Shown: positions 39,118-50,815 of the stretch, one piece after another
Layout: every line of letters begins with the position of its first letter
Position numbering within the stretch: the stretch's first letter is position 1
NCBI RefSeq assembly: GCF_006345805.1
Contig: NC_043017.1
Location: 9,052,001 to 9,116,000 of the forward strand
Length of the DNA stretch: 64,000 bases
Origin: Octopus sinensis
Taxonomy: Eukaryota
Direction of reading: 5' to 3'
Notes under the pieces: generated by a model
What the model was told of the DNA's origin: nothing
The model's database searches: none
What the model saw: the letters and a program-made list of their open reading frames with translations, nothing else
Made by a program: the position numbers and the translations under genes

Positions 39118-40848
39118 GCAAGACATCAAAGGCACAAAGCCTGAAATTTTTTGGGGGGAAGGGACTAGTTAATTACATCGACCCCAGTGTTTCACTGGTA
39201 CTTTATTGATCGACCCCAAAAAGATGAAAGGCAAAGTCGACGTCAGCGGAATTTGAACTCAGAACATAACAGCTGACGAAATACCACTAAGCATTTCTGC
39301 TGGCGTGTTTACAATTCTGACAGCTCACCATAATAATAATAATAATTATTATTATTATTATTTTAAATTTTTGCCACAAGGGCAGCTTGGGGGCGGTGGG
39401 GGATGAGTCGATTACATCGACCCCAGTGTTCAACTGGTATTTAATTTATCGATCCCGAAAGGCAAAGTCAACCTCGACTGGTAGTTTATCTAAATTATAC
39501 TGAAAGGAATCAATAAAAACAAGAAATAGGAGACAATGCTGATACAAACATAATCCCGGGTTAAATTCTACTACATGTTATGCATAAACGGGTGGGACAC
39601 ACACACATCCATATGTATACAAATGTAGAGCTAGTGTATTAAGAAGTATACAAAAACAATAAATATAATTATCATAAAATGCAAAAATCTACCAGCGCAC
39701 GTCAATGTAAAGGGAGGCAACTCATATCCACTTGACAAATTCTCTCAGGGGAGGTAACTTTGCTACAAAGCCTAAAGATTTTTCTCACCGCCAAGCCAAT
39801 TAAATAAGGCGGCCATGCTTTACTCTACACGAAACAATGTAAGTCCAAGATACAATGTGTCTGGTTAAAAAAGGAGATGATTCTTGTTGGAATATTTTTG
39901 GTTAATGGTCTGCTGGAGCAGGACTGACCTGGGCTAAACAGGTCTGTAACTCTAGTCAATAATAGTATATCGACTTCCATATTTAGGACAAACCCAGCAA
40001 TTTCGGGGGAGGCAGCTAATCGATTGCATTGACCCCAGTTGTTAACTGGTACTTATTTTAGTGACCCAGAAACAGATATAAAGCAAAGACGACCTTGGCA
40101 GAAATTGAACTCAGAACACAAAGATGGACAAAATGCTGCAGAGCCTTTTGCCCAATGCATTAACAATTCAGTCAGTTTGCTGCCTTAATATAACCGACTG
40201 GTATACATCAGAAAATGTAGTCCCAGATGAACAATGACTGAATTAAAAAATGGGATGGACACAGCTGGAACATATTCGATGAAAGGCTCACAGGGTCAGA
40301 ACTGGCCAGGGGCTGGACAGCAATAATTATAGGTGTAAATACTAATTACTATACTATGCATTGGATTAGTGGTCCCTTACATTCTTCTGGCAGCTGCTCC
40401 TTTGGCATTTGGGCCACATTCTCCCCTGGCTCACCACCTCAATCATGGATCACTTTCTGCAACAAATTCAAAACAACTGTATTCCCCAATCAAAACTTAA
40501 CCTGTTATTTTGGCCACTCCATTATCACCCCCACTTTTCTTCAGTGACCCCTTGCTTCTTTCCCCACCGCTCCTACAAGGGTAGTACTTCCCACTTTGGG
40601 AACCACTGCATTACATAATGTAGTCCTAGATACATTATGAACAAAAGGTTTTAAAAAAATAATCAACGCCAGTTTTGGATTCAAAGCTGTGGCCAGAGAA
40701 AAAGAGGAAGATGCAAACCCATGGTGTATTTGTTTTGGTAATAGGTAGCTTTGAGATTGAACTCACACAAGACCTGTCTCCATGTTGTCGTGACATGGAG
40801 ACATGGAGCAGTGGAAGAGATGGTGGTTATAAGAGAAGCCATACATAC

Positions 40849-40918
40849 CTGTATTCAGTGACATATTAGCCATGCCTTGCACCAGACCAGCAGGCTGAGG
40901 TGTTGATGATAGCGACAC
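40849..40918 (-). CDS. GORASP2: GRASP exon (Ser/Pro-rich region), VSLSSTPQPAGLVQGMANMSLNT
   Basis: Poly-T tract plus ctgtag| ... |gtatgt; 70 nt; bridges phase 0 to phase 1 exactly as the flanking exons require. Confidence 0.85.
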
Positions 40919-41293
40919 CTACAGGAAAAAAAAAACGGTAGAGATAATTTGTGGCTACATGTACAACCTTAGACATGTGACTACACTCCATACAGCCACT
41001 CCTTGCTACAGTATCCTACATGTGACTATCCTCCTGTACAGCTTTACCAGTTCAGCACATGCAATGAAATGATACAGAACCACATTACCAGACACCATGT
41101 AGCGAAAGTATAACATGTTGGAGATTTCTATGTCCACTTGCCCATGCTTCCATGTGTCAAATGGAATTTGTTGAGGCAGAGTTTCTATGGTAGGTTGTCC
41201 TTCTTGTCTCCAATGCAAGACATTATTTCCTCATGGAAGACTAGAAATTAACATGGATTGTATCACAGTGAGGCTCATTTACAGTCACCACAT

Positions 41294-41327
<34 letters not shown>

Positions 41328-41488
41328 TTTATCTTCTTGTTCCAGTCATTAGACTGTGGCCATGCTGGGGCACTGCCTTGAACAATTTTTTTTCAACCCC
41401 AGTACCTATTTTTTGTTAAACCTGGTATTCATTCTATCCCTCTTTTGCTGAACCACGAAGTTACAGGGATATAAACACACCAACAGAG

Positions 41489-41523
<35 letters not shown>

Positions 41524-41666
41524 CGGCAGGCTTCTTTCAGTTTCTGTCTGCTAAATCCACTCACAAGGCTACAGTAGAAGACACTTGCCCAAGGTGCCAT
41601 GCAGTAGGATTGAACCTGGAACCATGTGGTAGGGAAGTAAGCTTCTTACGACAGCCACACCTATGC

Positions 41667-41698
<32 letters not shown>

Positions 41699-42085
41699 GA
41701 TGGGTTTCTTTTATTTTCTGCCAACTGAATCCACTCACAAGGCCTTGTAAAGCGAACTCCATACACCCACGACCTGTGCCCATTTGTGTGTGTGGTGGTT
41801 CTACACAAATTTGAGTTACCATTTTTTGATAAATGGAGAGGATTATTATCTTGCTTGGAAACAGACAGGGCGTTCAGCCATAGAAAGGGCAGCAGACAGT
41901 GCGTTCAGCCATAGAATATTCTATCTCAATGAAATCTCATCTACGCATACAAGCTGGGAAAAGTAGCTATTAAAATGTTCTGCATGGCATCTTGGGCAAG
42001 TGTCTTCTGCTATAGCCCCGGGTCGACCAATGCCTTGTGAGTGGATTTGGTAGATGGAAACTGAAAGAAGCCTGTCGTATATATG

Positions 42086-42118
<33 letters not shown>

Positions 42119-42689
42119 TTGTGTGTCTGTGTTTGTCCCCCTAGCATTGCTTGACAACTGATGCTGGTGTGTTTATGTCCCCGTCACTTAGCGGTTCGGC
42201 AAAAGAGACTGATAGAATAAGTACTGGGCTTACAAAGAATAAGTCCCGGGGTCGATTTGCTCGACTAAAGGTGGTGCTCCAGCATGGCCGCAATCAAAAT
42301 GACTGAAACAAGTAAAAGAGTAAAGAGTAAAGAGATACTTTTCTTCTTCTGCTGCAAATCTGAGATTTGAAATAGAATCTTTTTTTGTTTTTGCAGTGAT
42401 TTTTTCAATGACACACCTTCACATTTTTGGAATCTCATAAAACCATTCTAGTTATTAATTAACCCTTTAGCATTCAGATTCTTGTCAAATGTAATTCTTT
42501 TCATTTGCATTGATTTTTAAAAAATTAATCATGCATTGTCTCATAGCTTCAAGATTTCAATGATGCGAGGGCATGTTTTTAGAATGACATTGTAGGGTAA
42601 GTGTGAGAGGCCAGATGCAGCCAGTTTAAATGCTAACAGGTTAATGTAAAAATCAATGAAAGAGTTAATGATAGATGTGGTCTACAAAC

Positions 42690-42819
42690 CTCAGAAAATC
42701 CATCAACAGTCTTAGTGGGTAGTTCAGGTGCTGTTACCGATGTAGTGGCGTTTATACTTGATGGGAACTGACGTTTAGGAATTCTGTGCAGGTAGCCAAA
42801 ACCAATACCACAACCGAGA
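42690..42819 (-). CDS. GORASP2: GRASP exon, SLGCGIGFGYLHRIPKR...TVDGFSE
   Basis: cacag| ... |gtttgt; 130 nt; GCGIG.GYLHRIP marks the end of the GRASP domain. Confidence 0.93.
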
Positions 42820-42890
42820 CTGTGTGCAATGCGGAGCAAGGAAATGAAACAGAAGAAAACATTGGCATTCAGTAAATTTAGGATTTGAAT

Positions 42891-44740
42891 AATGTAGGAT
42901 AAATTAGCAACAACATTTAATAATGTAGCAATGGCATTTGACAATGTAGGATAAATTAGCAACAGCATTTAATAATGTAGCAATGGCATTTGACAATGTA
43001 GGATAAATTAGCAACAACATTTAATAATGTAGCATTGGCATTTGACAATGTAGGATAAATTAGCAACAACATTTAATAATGTAGCAATGGCATTTGACAA
43101 TGTAGGATAAATTAGCAACAACATTTAATAATGTAGCAATGGCATTTGACAATGTAGGATAAATTAGCAACAACATTTAATAATGTAGCATTGGCATTTG
43201 ACAATGTAGGATAAATTAGCAACAACATTTAATATGTAGCAATGGCATTTGACAATGTAGGATAAATTAGCAACAACATTAATAATGTAGCATTGGCATT
43301 TGACAATGTAGGATAAATTAGCAACAACATTTAATAATGTAGCATGGCATTTGACAATGTAGGATAAATTAGCAACAACATTTAATAATGTAGCATTGGC
43401 ATTTGACAATGTAGGATAAATTAGCAACAACATTTAATAATGTAGCAATGGCATTTGACAATGTAGGATAAATTAGCAACAACATTTAATAATGTAGCAA
43501 TGGCATTTGACAATGTAGGATAAATTAGCAACAACATTTAATAATGTAGCATTGGCATTTGACAATGTAGGATAAATTAGCAACAACATTTAATAATGTA
43601 GCATTGGCATTTGACAATGTAGGATAAATTAGCAACAACATTTAATAATGTAGCATTGGCATTTGACAATGTAGGATAAATTAGCAACAACATTTAATAA
43701 TGTAGCATTGGCATTTGACAATGTAGGATAAATTAGCAACAACATTTAATAATGTAGCAATGGCATTTGACAATGTAGGATAAATTAGCAACAACATTTA
43801 ATAATGTAGCATTGGCATTTGACAATGTAGGATAAATTAGCAACAACATTTAATAATGTAGCAATGGCATTTGACAATGTAGGATAAATTAGCAACAGCA
43901 TTTAATAATGTAGCAATGGCATTTGACAATGTAGGATAAATTAGCAACAGCATTTAATAATGTAGCAATGGCATTTGACAATGTAGGATAAATTAGCAAC
44001 AACATTTAATAATGTAGCATTGGCATTTGACAATGTAGGATAAATTAGCAACAACATTTAATAATGTAGCAATGGCATTTGACAATGTAGGATAAATTAG
44101 CAACAGCATTTAATAATGTAGCAATGGCATTTGACAATGTAGGATAAATTAGCAACAACATTTAATAATGTAGCAATGGCATTTGACAATGTAGGATAAA
44201 TTAGCAACAGCATTTAATAATGTAGCAATGGCATTTGACAATGTAGGATAAATTAGCAACAACATTTAATAATGTAGCAATGGCATTTGACAATGTAGGA
44301 TAAATTAGCAACAGCATTTAATAATGTAGCAATGGCATTTGACAATGTAGGATAAATTAGCAACAACATTTAATAATGTAGCATTGGCATTTGACAATGT
44401 AGGATAAATTAGCAACAACATTTAATAATGTAGCAATGGCATTTGACAATGTAGGATAATTAGCAACAGCATTTAATAATGTAGCAATGGCATTTGACAA
44501 TGTAGGATAAATTAGCAACAACATTTAATAATGTAGCAATGGCATTTGACAATGTAGGATAATTAGCAACAACATTTAATATGTAGCAATGGCATTTGAC
44601 AATGTAGGATAAATTAGCAACAACATTTAATAATGTAGCAATGGCATTTGACAATGTAGGATAAATTAGCAACAACATTTAATAATGTAGCAATGGCATT
44701 TGACAATGTAGGATAAATTAGCAACAGCATTTAATAATGC
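42891..44740. repeat. 52-bp tandem satellite, ~35-36 near-identical copies
   Basis: Unit aatgtaggataaattagcaacaRcatttaataatgtagcaWtggcatttgac; two polymorphic sites plus occasional 1-nt deletions. Confidence 0.97.
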
Positions 44741-45455
44741 AGAATGTAGTGACACATTCTAAAGTATATATATATATATACTCCACTCAGTTGAGGGGAT
44801 CGTGTGTTGTGAGCTACTTGGGGACTTTACCAGTGATGGTGTCACATAAAAAAAAAGTACTGTACAGGTCAAAGAATAGAGGCCAAATTAATATGGACCA
44901 CATCTTCCCAGAGGTAACAATGAGATTTTGTAGGACCAACACCCCTACTTCGAAAAAAAAAGGGGCTAAGTTACAGAAGCATCAATGAGTATTCAAAACC
45001 AACAAGACTTGGGAGTGGAAGGCCTCCCCCCCCCAGGGTAACATATACAGGAAGAATGAAAACCCAACATCCTGCATTACACACCAGGCTGTTACCTGGG
45101 ATACACAAGGGAGGTGGAAGGGGCTGAAAGTAGCAAGAGGAGGGTCAATGGGGCAGAAATGAAAAAGTAGGGACCCAACAGGAGAGAAGTAAAAAAGACA
45201 GCTCAGAGTTGAACAGAGTGGGAAAAAGAAAGAGTTGTTGATGGTCTACACCCCATAGGGAAAGAAGGGCTTCAGTAAGGACATTGCAACCGTCATTTTC
45301 ATATATATATAGGAGGTTATGAGAGGTAATGGTGTCAGTAAGACCACAAAGTGTCAGGTAATGCCGAGTAAGTGCTATGGATAGACCAGAGTTAAGCTCC
45401 AGGTTCGGTGATTATGCGAACAAGGAGTCCAACGTAGGTCATATATCAGTGTGTG

Positions 45456-45864
45456 TATACATAAAAATTTTTTTCAGAATGAAATGAAAAAACCAAGGCT
45501 GTGTAGATTTTAGAACATTTATAAATAGGTCTTACAGTTGTTTCCAGGATATTTATTATATCCCTTCAACAGAGACGGTGTGAAAAAGTGGTTGAGCAAT
45601 AGTTAATTTAGATAAGATACGAAAGAGAGAGTGAAGTGGAATGCAATATCCCTGCATATCTCATGTCTATTTTCATTCCTCCACTTCACTCTCTATTTCG
45701 TATCTTATCTAAATTAACTATTGCTTAGCCATTTTCTCACACCGTCTCCAATGAAGGGATATAATAAATATCCTGGAAACAGCTGTAGGACCTATTTATA
45801 AATGTTCTAAAATCTTCACAACCTTGGTTTTTTATCTCATTCTTAAAAAAATTGTGTATGTATA
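45456..45864. mobile_element. Fold-back element (arms ~45456-45640 and 45680-45864) with degenerate hammerheads at 45529-45576 (-) and 45744-45791 (+)
   Basis: Inverted arms of ~185 bp; inferred consensus GTCT-CTGATGA-AGGGATAT-aataa-ATATCCTG-GAAA-CAGCTG-TA-AGAC. Confidence 0.75.
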
Positions 45865-46103
45865 TATATATATATATATATATATAGATATGTATATATG
45901 TATGTATATATATATACATGCTAGCATGGAAAACGGATGCTAAACGATGATGATGATGAGGATGATATTTATATTAATAAAAGGAATTCCAACCTTGTCT
46001 GATTTTTACGTTTTATTTACAATCTTATAATGATATATAAGATAATATAATATAATATAATAGAATAAAATAAAATAGTAGAATGTTAAATGTTCATTCT
46101 GAT

Positions 46104-46148
46104 TGAACTAGTACTTTCATGCATTAAATTATGCAATCTTCAGGTTCA
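46104..46148 (-). ncRNA. Minimal type I hammerhead ribozyme motif, core intact, sense to the GRASP pre-mRNA
   Basis: Minus strand TGAAC-CTGAAGA-T-TGCAT-aattta-ATGCA-T-GAAA-GTAC-TA-GTTCA. Confidence 0.75.
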
Positions 46149-46223
46149 TGAAGATTGTCCGGTATCAGATCAATCCCAAAATCTAATCAGTTCGTGCCAG
46201 TCATGAGGCCAAACATCACTGAA

Positions 46224-46268
46224 TGAACCTGACGATTGCAGAATTTAATGCATGAAAGTACTAGTTCA
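46224..46268 (+). ncRNA. Minimal type I hammerhead ribozyme motif, core intact
   Basis: TGAAC-CTGACGA-T-TGCA-gaatttaa-TGCA-T-GAAA-GTAC-TA-GTTCA: stem I TGAAC/GTTCA, CUGANGA, stem II, GAAA, palindromic AGTACT helix III, UH site at 46262-46263. Confidence 0.75.
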
Positions 46269-46437
46269 ATCAGAATGAACATTTAACATTCTACTATTTT
46301 ATTTTATTTTATTCTATTCTATTATATTATATTATCTTATATTATATCATTATAAGATTGTAAATAAAACGTGAAAATCAGACAAGGTTGGAATTCCTTT
46401 TATTAATATATTCTTCTATACACAATCACACACACCC

Positions 46438-46485
<48 letters not shown>

Positions 46486-46628
46486 GGTGTATATCAAAAC
46501 CCTGTTTAAAGACATGATCCAGCTTCCTTGAATTTAGGTCCCTAACTTTGTTGATTCTAATCCAGAAAGAAAAACACCAATTTAAAAATCAAGAACAAAA
46601 GGGTTTGAGAAGATGTTCAGATAGTTAC

Positions 46629-46759
46629 CTTCCTTCGCCACCCCACTGGTTATTTGGGGTGATGGTCACCTCACGACAGCTGTCTGAATCAGTATTATAG
46701 ACATACAACTTGAGAGGTTTGCCTTCGTAAGACTCTATTAATGTGAACAGATCTTCAGA
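46629..46759 (-). CDS. GORASP2: GRASP exon, [43 protein letters not shown]
   Basis: ttgcag| ... |gtaact; 131 nt. Confidence 0.96.
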
Positions 46760-46896
46760 CTGCAACGAAAACAAAAACATATACAGACACACAAACACGT
46801 TTGTATATAGATTGGTGATTAACACAGCAGAGGAGGTACATGATAGGTGGCAGCAGGGGTATTAGGTGGTTGGGATGTGTGTGGTGGTGGTGGTAT

Positions 46897-47070
46897 GTTA
46901 GTTAGTTAGTTAATTTTTTGGCTCAAAAAGCAAAAAAGCAAGGCCATGTAGGGGGACATGAAGTTATGTACAGGGAGGGTGTTCATGTAAAGAGTTCAGG
47001 CCACTTGTGGTCAAGGGAGACTTTGAACTGAGCGGTTGTCGGTCGTCGGCATCTTCACCATCTCGTCCCT
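46897..47070 (-). mobile_element. Short 5'-truncated retroposon with (TAAC)n tail
   Basis: gttagttagttagtta at the left end; flanked on both sides by atgtgtgtggtggtgg (46875 and 47071). Confidence 0.5.
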
Positions 47071-47855
47071 ATGTGTGTGGTGGTGGCTGGGAAGTGTGTG
47101 GTGGTGGCTGGGAGTGTGTGGTGGTGGCTGGGAAGTGTGTGGTGGTGGCTGGGAAGTGTGTGGTGGTGGCTGGGATGTGTGTGGTGGTGGCTGGGAAGTG
47201 TGTGGTGGTGGCTGGGAAGTGTGTGGTGGTGGCTGGGAAGTGTGTGGTGGTGGCTGGGAAGTGTGTGGTGGTGGTGGCTGGGAAGTGTGTGGTGGTGGCT
47301 GGGAAGTGTGTGGTGGTGGCTGGGATGTGTGTGGTGGTGGCTGGGAAGTGTGTGGTGGTGGCTGGGATGTGTGTGGTGATGGCTGGGAAGTGTGTGGTGG
47401 TGGCTGGGATGTGTGTGGTGGTGGCTGGGATGTGCGTGGTGGTGGCTGGGAAGTGTGTGGTGGTGGCTGGGATGTGTGTGGTGGTGGCTGGGAAGTGTGG
47501 TGGTGGCTGGGAAGTGTGGTGGTGGCTGGGAAGTGTGGTGGTGGCTTGGAAGTGTGTGGTGGTGGCTGGGAAGTGTGTGGTGGTGGCTGGGATGTGTGTG
47601 GTGGTGGCTGGGAAGTGTGTGGTGGTGGCTGGGATGTGTGTGGTGGTGGCTGGGAAGTGTGTGGTGGTGGCTGGGATGTGTGTGGTGGTGGCTGGGATGT
47701 GTGTGGTGGTGGCTGGGAAGTGTGTGGTGGTGGCTGGGATGTGTGTGGTGGTGGCTGGGATGTGTGTGGTGGTGGCTGGGAAGTGTGTGGTGGTGGCTGG
47801 GAAGTGTGTGGTGGAGGCTGGGATGTGTGTGGTGGTAGCTGGGATATGTGTGGTT
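47071..47855. repeat. 21-bp G-rich minisatellite, ~37 copies
   Basis: Unit gtgtgtggtggtggctggga(a/t); it generates the spurious 290-358 aa ORFs. Confidence 0.97.
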
Positions 47856-48295
47856 GTGTGCTGTATGGTAATAGTGTGACTGGTATTGTGGTGGTGGTGG
47901 TATGTAGCAGCAGTGTATAGGTAGAATTAGTAATGCAGAGTAAGAAGTGATGATGATGATTGTGTGAGTGGCTGAAGGGGAAAAGAGACACACACACACA
48001 CACACAACTAAGCAGAAACAAAATCACAACCACACACACACAACATAGAGACATGTAGTCATACACACACCATACACAGACCAACATTTAATCTCTGCCT
48101 CCCTCTCTCTCTCTCTCTCACACACACACAGGCAAACATCCTACTACACAGACAAATATGTAATCTCACACACACACACACAGATGGTCACAGCTGAAGA
48201 AATGAGATGAAACTGTGAAGCAAGAAGACATGCAACAGAGAAAAAGGAGGAGAGACAGAGAGAGAGCGAGAGAGACAGATAGACAGAGAACTTAC

Positions 48296-48382
48296 CTCAT
48301 GTAATACAGAATCTGCCCCAATAATGTAATCTGTGTTAGATCGTAGACTGGCCAGGTCAGCAGGTGAGTTAGGGTGAACCTC
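48296..48382 (-). CDS. GORASP2: GRASP exon (PDZ2), EVHPNSPADLASLRSNTDYIIGADSVLHE
   Basis: taacag| ... |gtaagt; 87 nt; DYIIGAD motif. Confidence 0.96.
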
Positions 48383-48399
48383 CTGTTAAATAACAACAA

Positions 48400-48735
48400 T
48401 AAAAGTCCTCTCAACAATTAGCCAGAGATGATTTTTAAAATGAGAATATCTGAAATAAACTCGACTGCTCTCACAAATGAGAATACTTAAAATGAACCCG
48501 ACTGCTATCAAAAATGAAGTAAAAAACAAGGTAAGATAATCCAGAATCCTTGTCTGGTACCAGATTGGTCCCAAAATCTAATCAGTTTGTGCCAGTCATG
48601 AGGCCAAACATCCCTGAAAGTTTCATTCGAATCCATTCAGCAGTTCTTGAGATATTTTTGTCCACGGACAAACAAACAAACAAGCAAACACACCTAAAAA
48701 CAATACCTCCACCTTTGCTAAGGCAGAGGTAATAA
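48400..48735 (-). mobile_element. Helentron-associated (DINE-1/HINE-like) non-autonomous element
   Basis: Minus strand starts ttattacctctgcctt..aaggtggaggt (inverted repeat), then (GTTT)n. A homologous copy in the opposite orientation lies at ~26020-26230. Confidence 0.6.
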
Positions 48736-48937
48736 CTTCAAATTTTGGCACAAGGCCAGCAATTTCGAGGAAGGGGATAAATTAACTACATTGATCCCAA
48801 TATGCAACTGGTACTTGTCGACCCTGAAAGGATGAAAGGCAAAATCGAGCTCAGTGGAATTTGAACTTGGAACACTAAGACAAACAAAATGCTGCTAAAC
48901 AGTTTATCCAGTGTGTTAGTGATTCTGAGGGCTTGCC

Positions 48938-49480
48938 ACATCATCATTTAACATCTGCTTTCTGTGCAGGCATGGGTTGACGGTTTGACTGAGGACTGTC
49001 AAGCCAAGAGGCTTCACCAGGCTCCAATCTGATCTGGCAGTGTTTCTACAGCTGGATGCCCTTCCTAACACCAACCACTCCAAGAGTAGTGGGTGCTTTT
49101 TATGTGCCCCGGCACAGGTGTCAGTCAAGCAGCACTGGCATCAGCCATAACTAAGATTTCACTTGACTCAACAGGTCTTCTCATGCACAGCCTGATGACT
49201 GAAGGGTACTTTTAAATAGACCAGATATGTGACACTGGCATCGGCCATGGCTGCAATCTCACTTGACTTGTTGGGTCTTCTCAAGCACAGCATATCTCCA
49301 AAGGTCTCAGTCACTTGTCATTGCCTCCGTGAGGCCCAACATTTGAAGGTCGTGCTCCACCACCTCATCCCAGGTGTTCCTGGGTCTACCTCTTCCACAG
49401 GTTCCCTCAACTATTAGGGTGTGACACTTCTTCACACAGCTCTCCTCATCCAAATGCAACACATGACCATACCGACACAG
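48938..49480 (-). mobile_element. 5'-truncated RTE-clade LINE (ORF2 C-terminus, 3' UTR and (GAT)n tail)
   Basis: Translation YGHVLHLDEESCVKKCHTLIVEGTCGRGRPRNTWDEVVEHDL resembles the RTE C-terminal GHV...G.R.RGRP..TW motif. The same 3' UTR recurs at ~27590-27915, 29418-29740, 52800-53046 and many shorter copies. Confidence 0.8.
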
Positions 49481-49549
49481 TAGTAATACTCTTTTACTTG
49501 TTTCAGTCATTTGACTGCGGCCATGCTGGGGCACCACCTTTATAACAAC

Positions 49550-49580
<31 letters not shown>

Positions 49581-49769
49581 GATAATTGTTTCTAATTTAG
49601 GCAGAAAGCGAGCAATTTCAAAGGGAAGGATTTAGTTGATGTCATTGCAGGGCTTTATTTCATTGACCCTGAAAGGATAAAAAGCACAGCTGGCCTCAGA
49701 AAGATTTGAACTCAGAATGTAAAAACCTGCATTTTTCAATGTTCAAATGATTATTATATTAGCTCATTA

Positions 49770-50142
49770 TCTCTCTCTATATAAACGGCACTTTGTCTGT
49801 GCGTGTTTCTGTGTGTCTGTTTGCTTGTACCCTCACCCTGACCACGGCTTTCAACCGATTCTGATGAAACTTGACACACACATAGCCCAATGTCATAATT
49901 CAAAACTAACGCAGCGAAAATTTTGAAAAGTTCCCCCAGTTCTGAAAAAAAATCGATAAATTCGACATGGGGTCGAGAATCAGAAACACAAACTGCAAAC
50001 TGTCTAGGGGACGCAACTCCACCTTTTTTAACTAAAAAAAAATTTACCATCATTTTTTTGCTATTTTTTGGCTATAACTCTCTAAAAATGCTTTATAGTT
50101 ATTTCCCTTACAAACCTGAGCAACGCCGGGCGATACTGCTAG
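49770..50142 (+). mobile_element. Non-autonomous Helitron, apparently full length
   Basis: Begins with TC after an A, has a subterminal hairpin cctgagcaacgccggg (50115-50130), ends with CTAG before a T, and has no target-site duplication (TSD). Confidence 0.8.
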
Positions 50143-50815
50143 TTATTAATAATAATAGTCCTTTTTACAACAGGCACAAGGCCTGAAATTTTGATGGAGG
50201 AGGGGGAGGCAGTCGATTTGATCAACCCCAGTGCTCAACTGGTATCTATTTTTATCAACCCCGAAAGGATGAAAAATTAAGCATTTGAACTGAGAGCATA
50301 ATGAAGAAGAAATACTGCAAAGCATTTGGTCTGCGAGGCAGAACGGTTCTGCCTTAATAATCGTTTCTGCTTTTCTACAAAAAGTACAAACCTGAGATTT
50401 GTGGGGAGAAGGGGGGGCTAGGTGAATACTTAGATACCTTCTCCCCTCTCCCCCGAGTACTCGACTGGTACGTATTTCATCAACTTCGAAAAGGACGAAA
50501 GGTGAAGTCAACCTTGGTGGGATTTGAACTGAGAACATGGAAGACGGACGACCATTACTTTAATGAATAATAAACAATAATTGATTTTAATTTAGGGCAG
50601 AAAGCCAGAAATTTGGAAAGGATTCCATTGGCACCAGTTGGCCTCAGCAGGATTTGAACTCAGAACATAAAGTAATGCAACGGATACCTGCAAGGCATTT
50701 CTTCTGATGCTTTAGCAATTCTGCCAGCAAGTAATGGGGTGGGGGGGGGAGAAAAGAGAGAACAGAACAATATTTGTAAATGAAAAACAGAAGCAAGGGA
50801 AAGTTGAAGACTCAC

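Larger units (their letters stand above)
45970..46410. mobile_element. Fold-back element (arms 45970-46149 and 46223-46410) with a hammerhead motif in each arm; probably Penelope-like retroelement derived
   Basis: Near-identical inverted arms. The 73-nt spacer is similar to the repeat at 48551-48618. Confidence 0.8.

Noticed and set aside
42891-44740. Regular array that could be mistaken for a CRISPR locus
   Set aside because: Units are contiguous and near-identical, with no unique spacers and no cas genes, in a eukaryotic intron.
47007-48087. Long ORFs of 290-358 aa (SQPPPHT / CVVVAGK / WEVCGGG repeats)
   Set aside because: A stop-free 21-bp minisatellite is open in several frames on both strands; it lies inside a GRASP intron with no splice support.
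49861-49870. CTGATGAAA, a possible hammerhead core or snoRNA box C
   Set aside because: It is internal Helitron sequence with no supporting helices or partner box.
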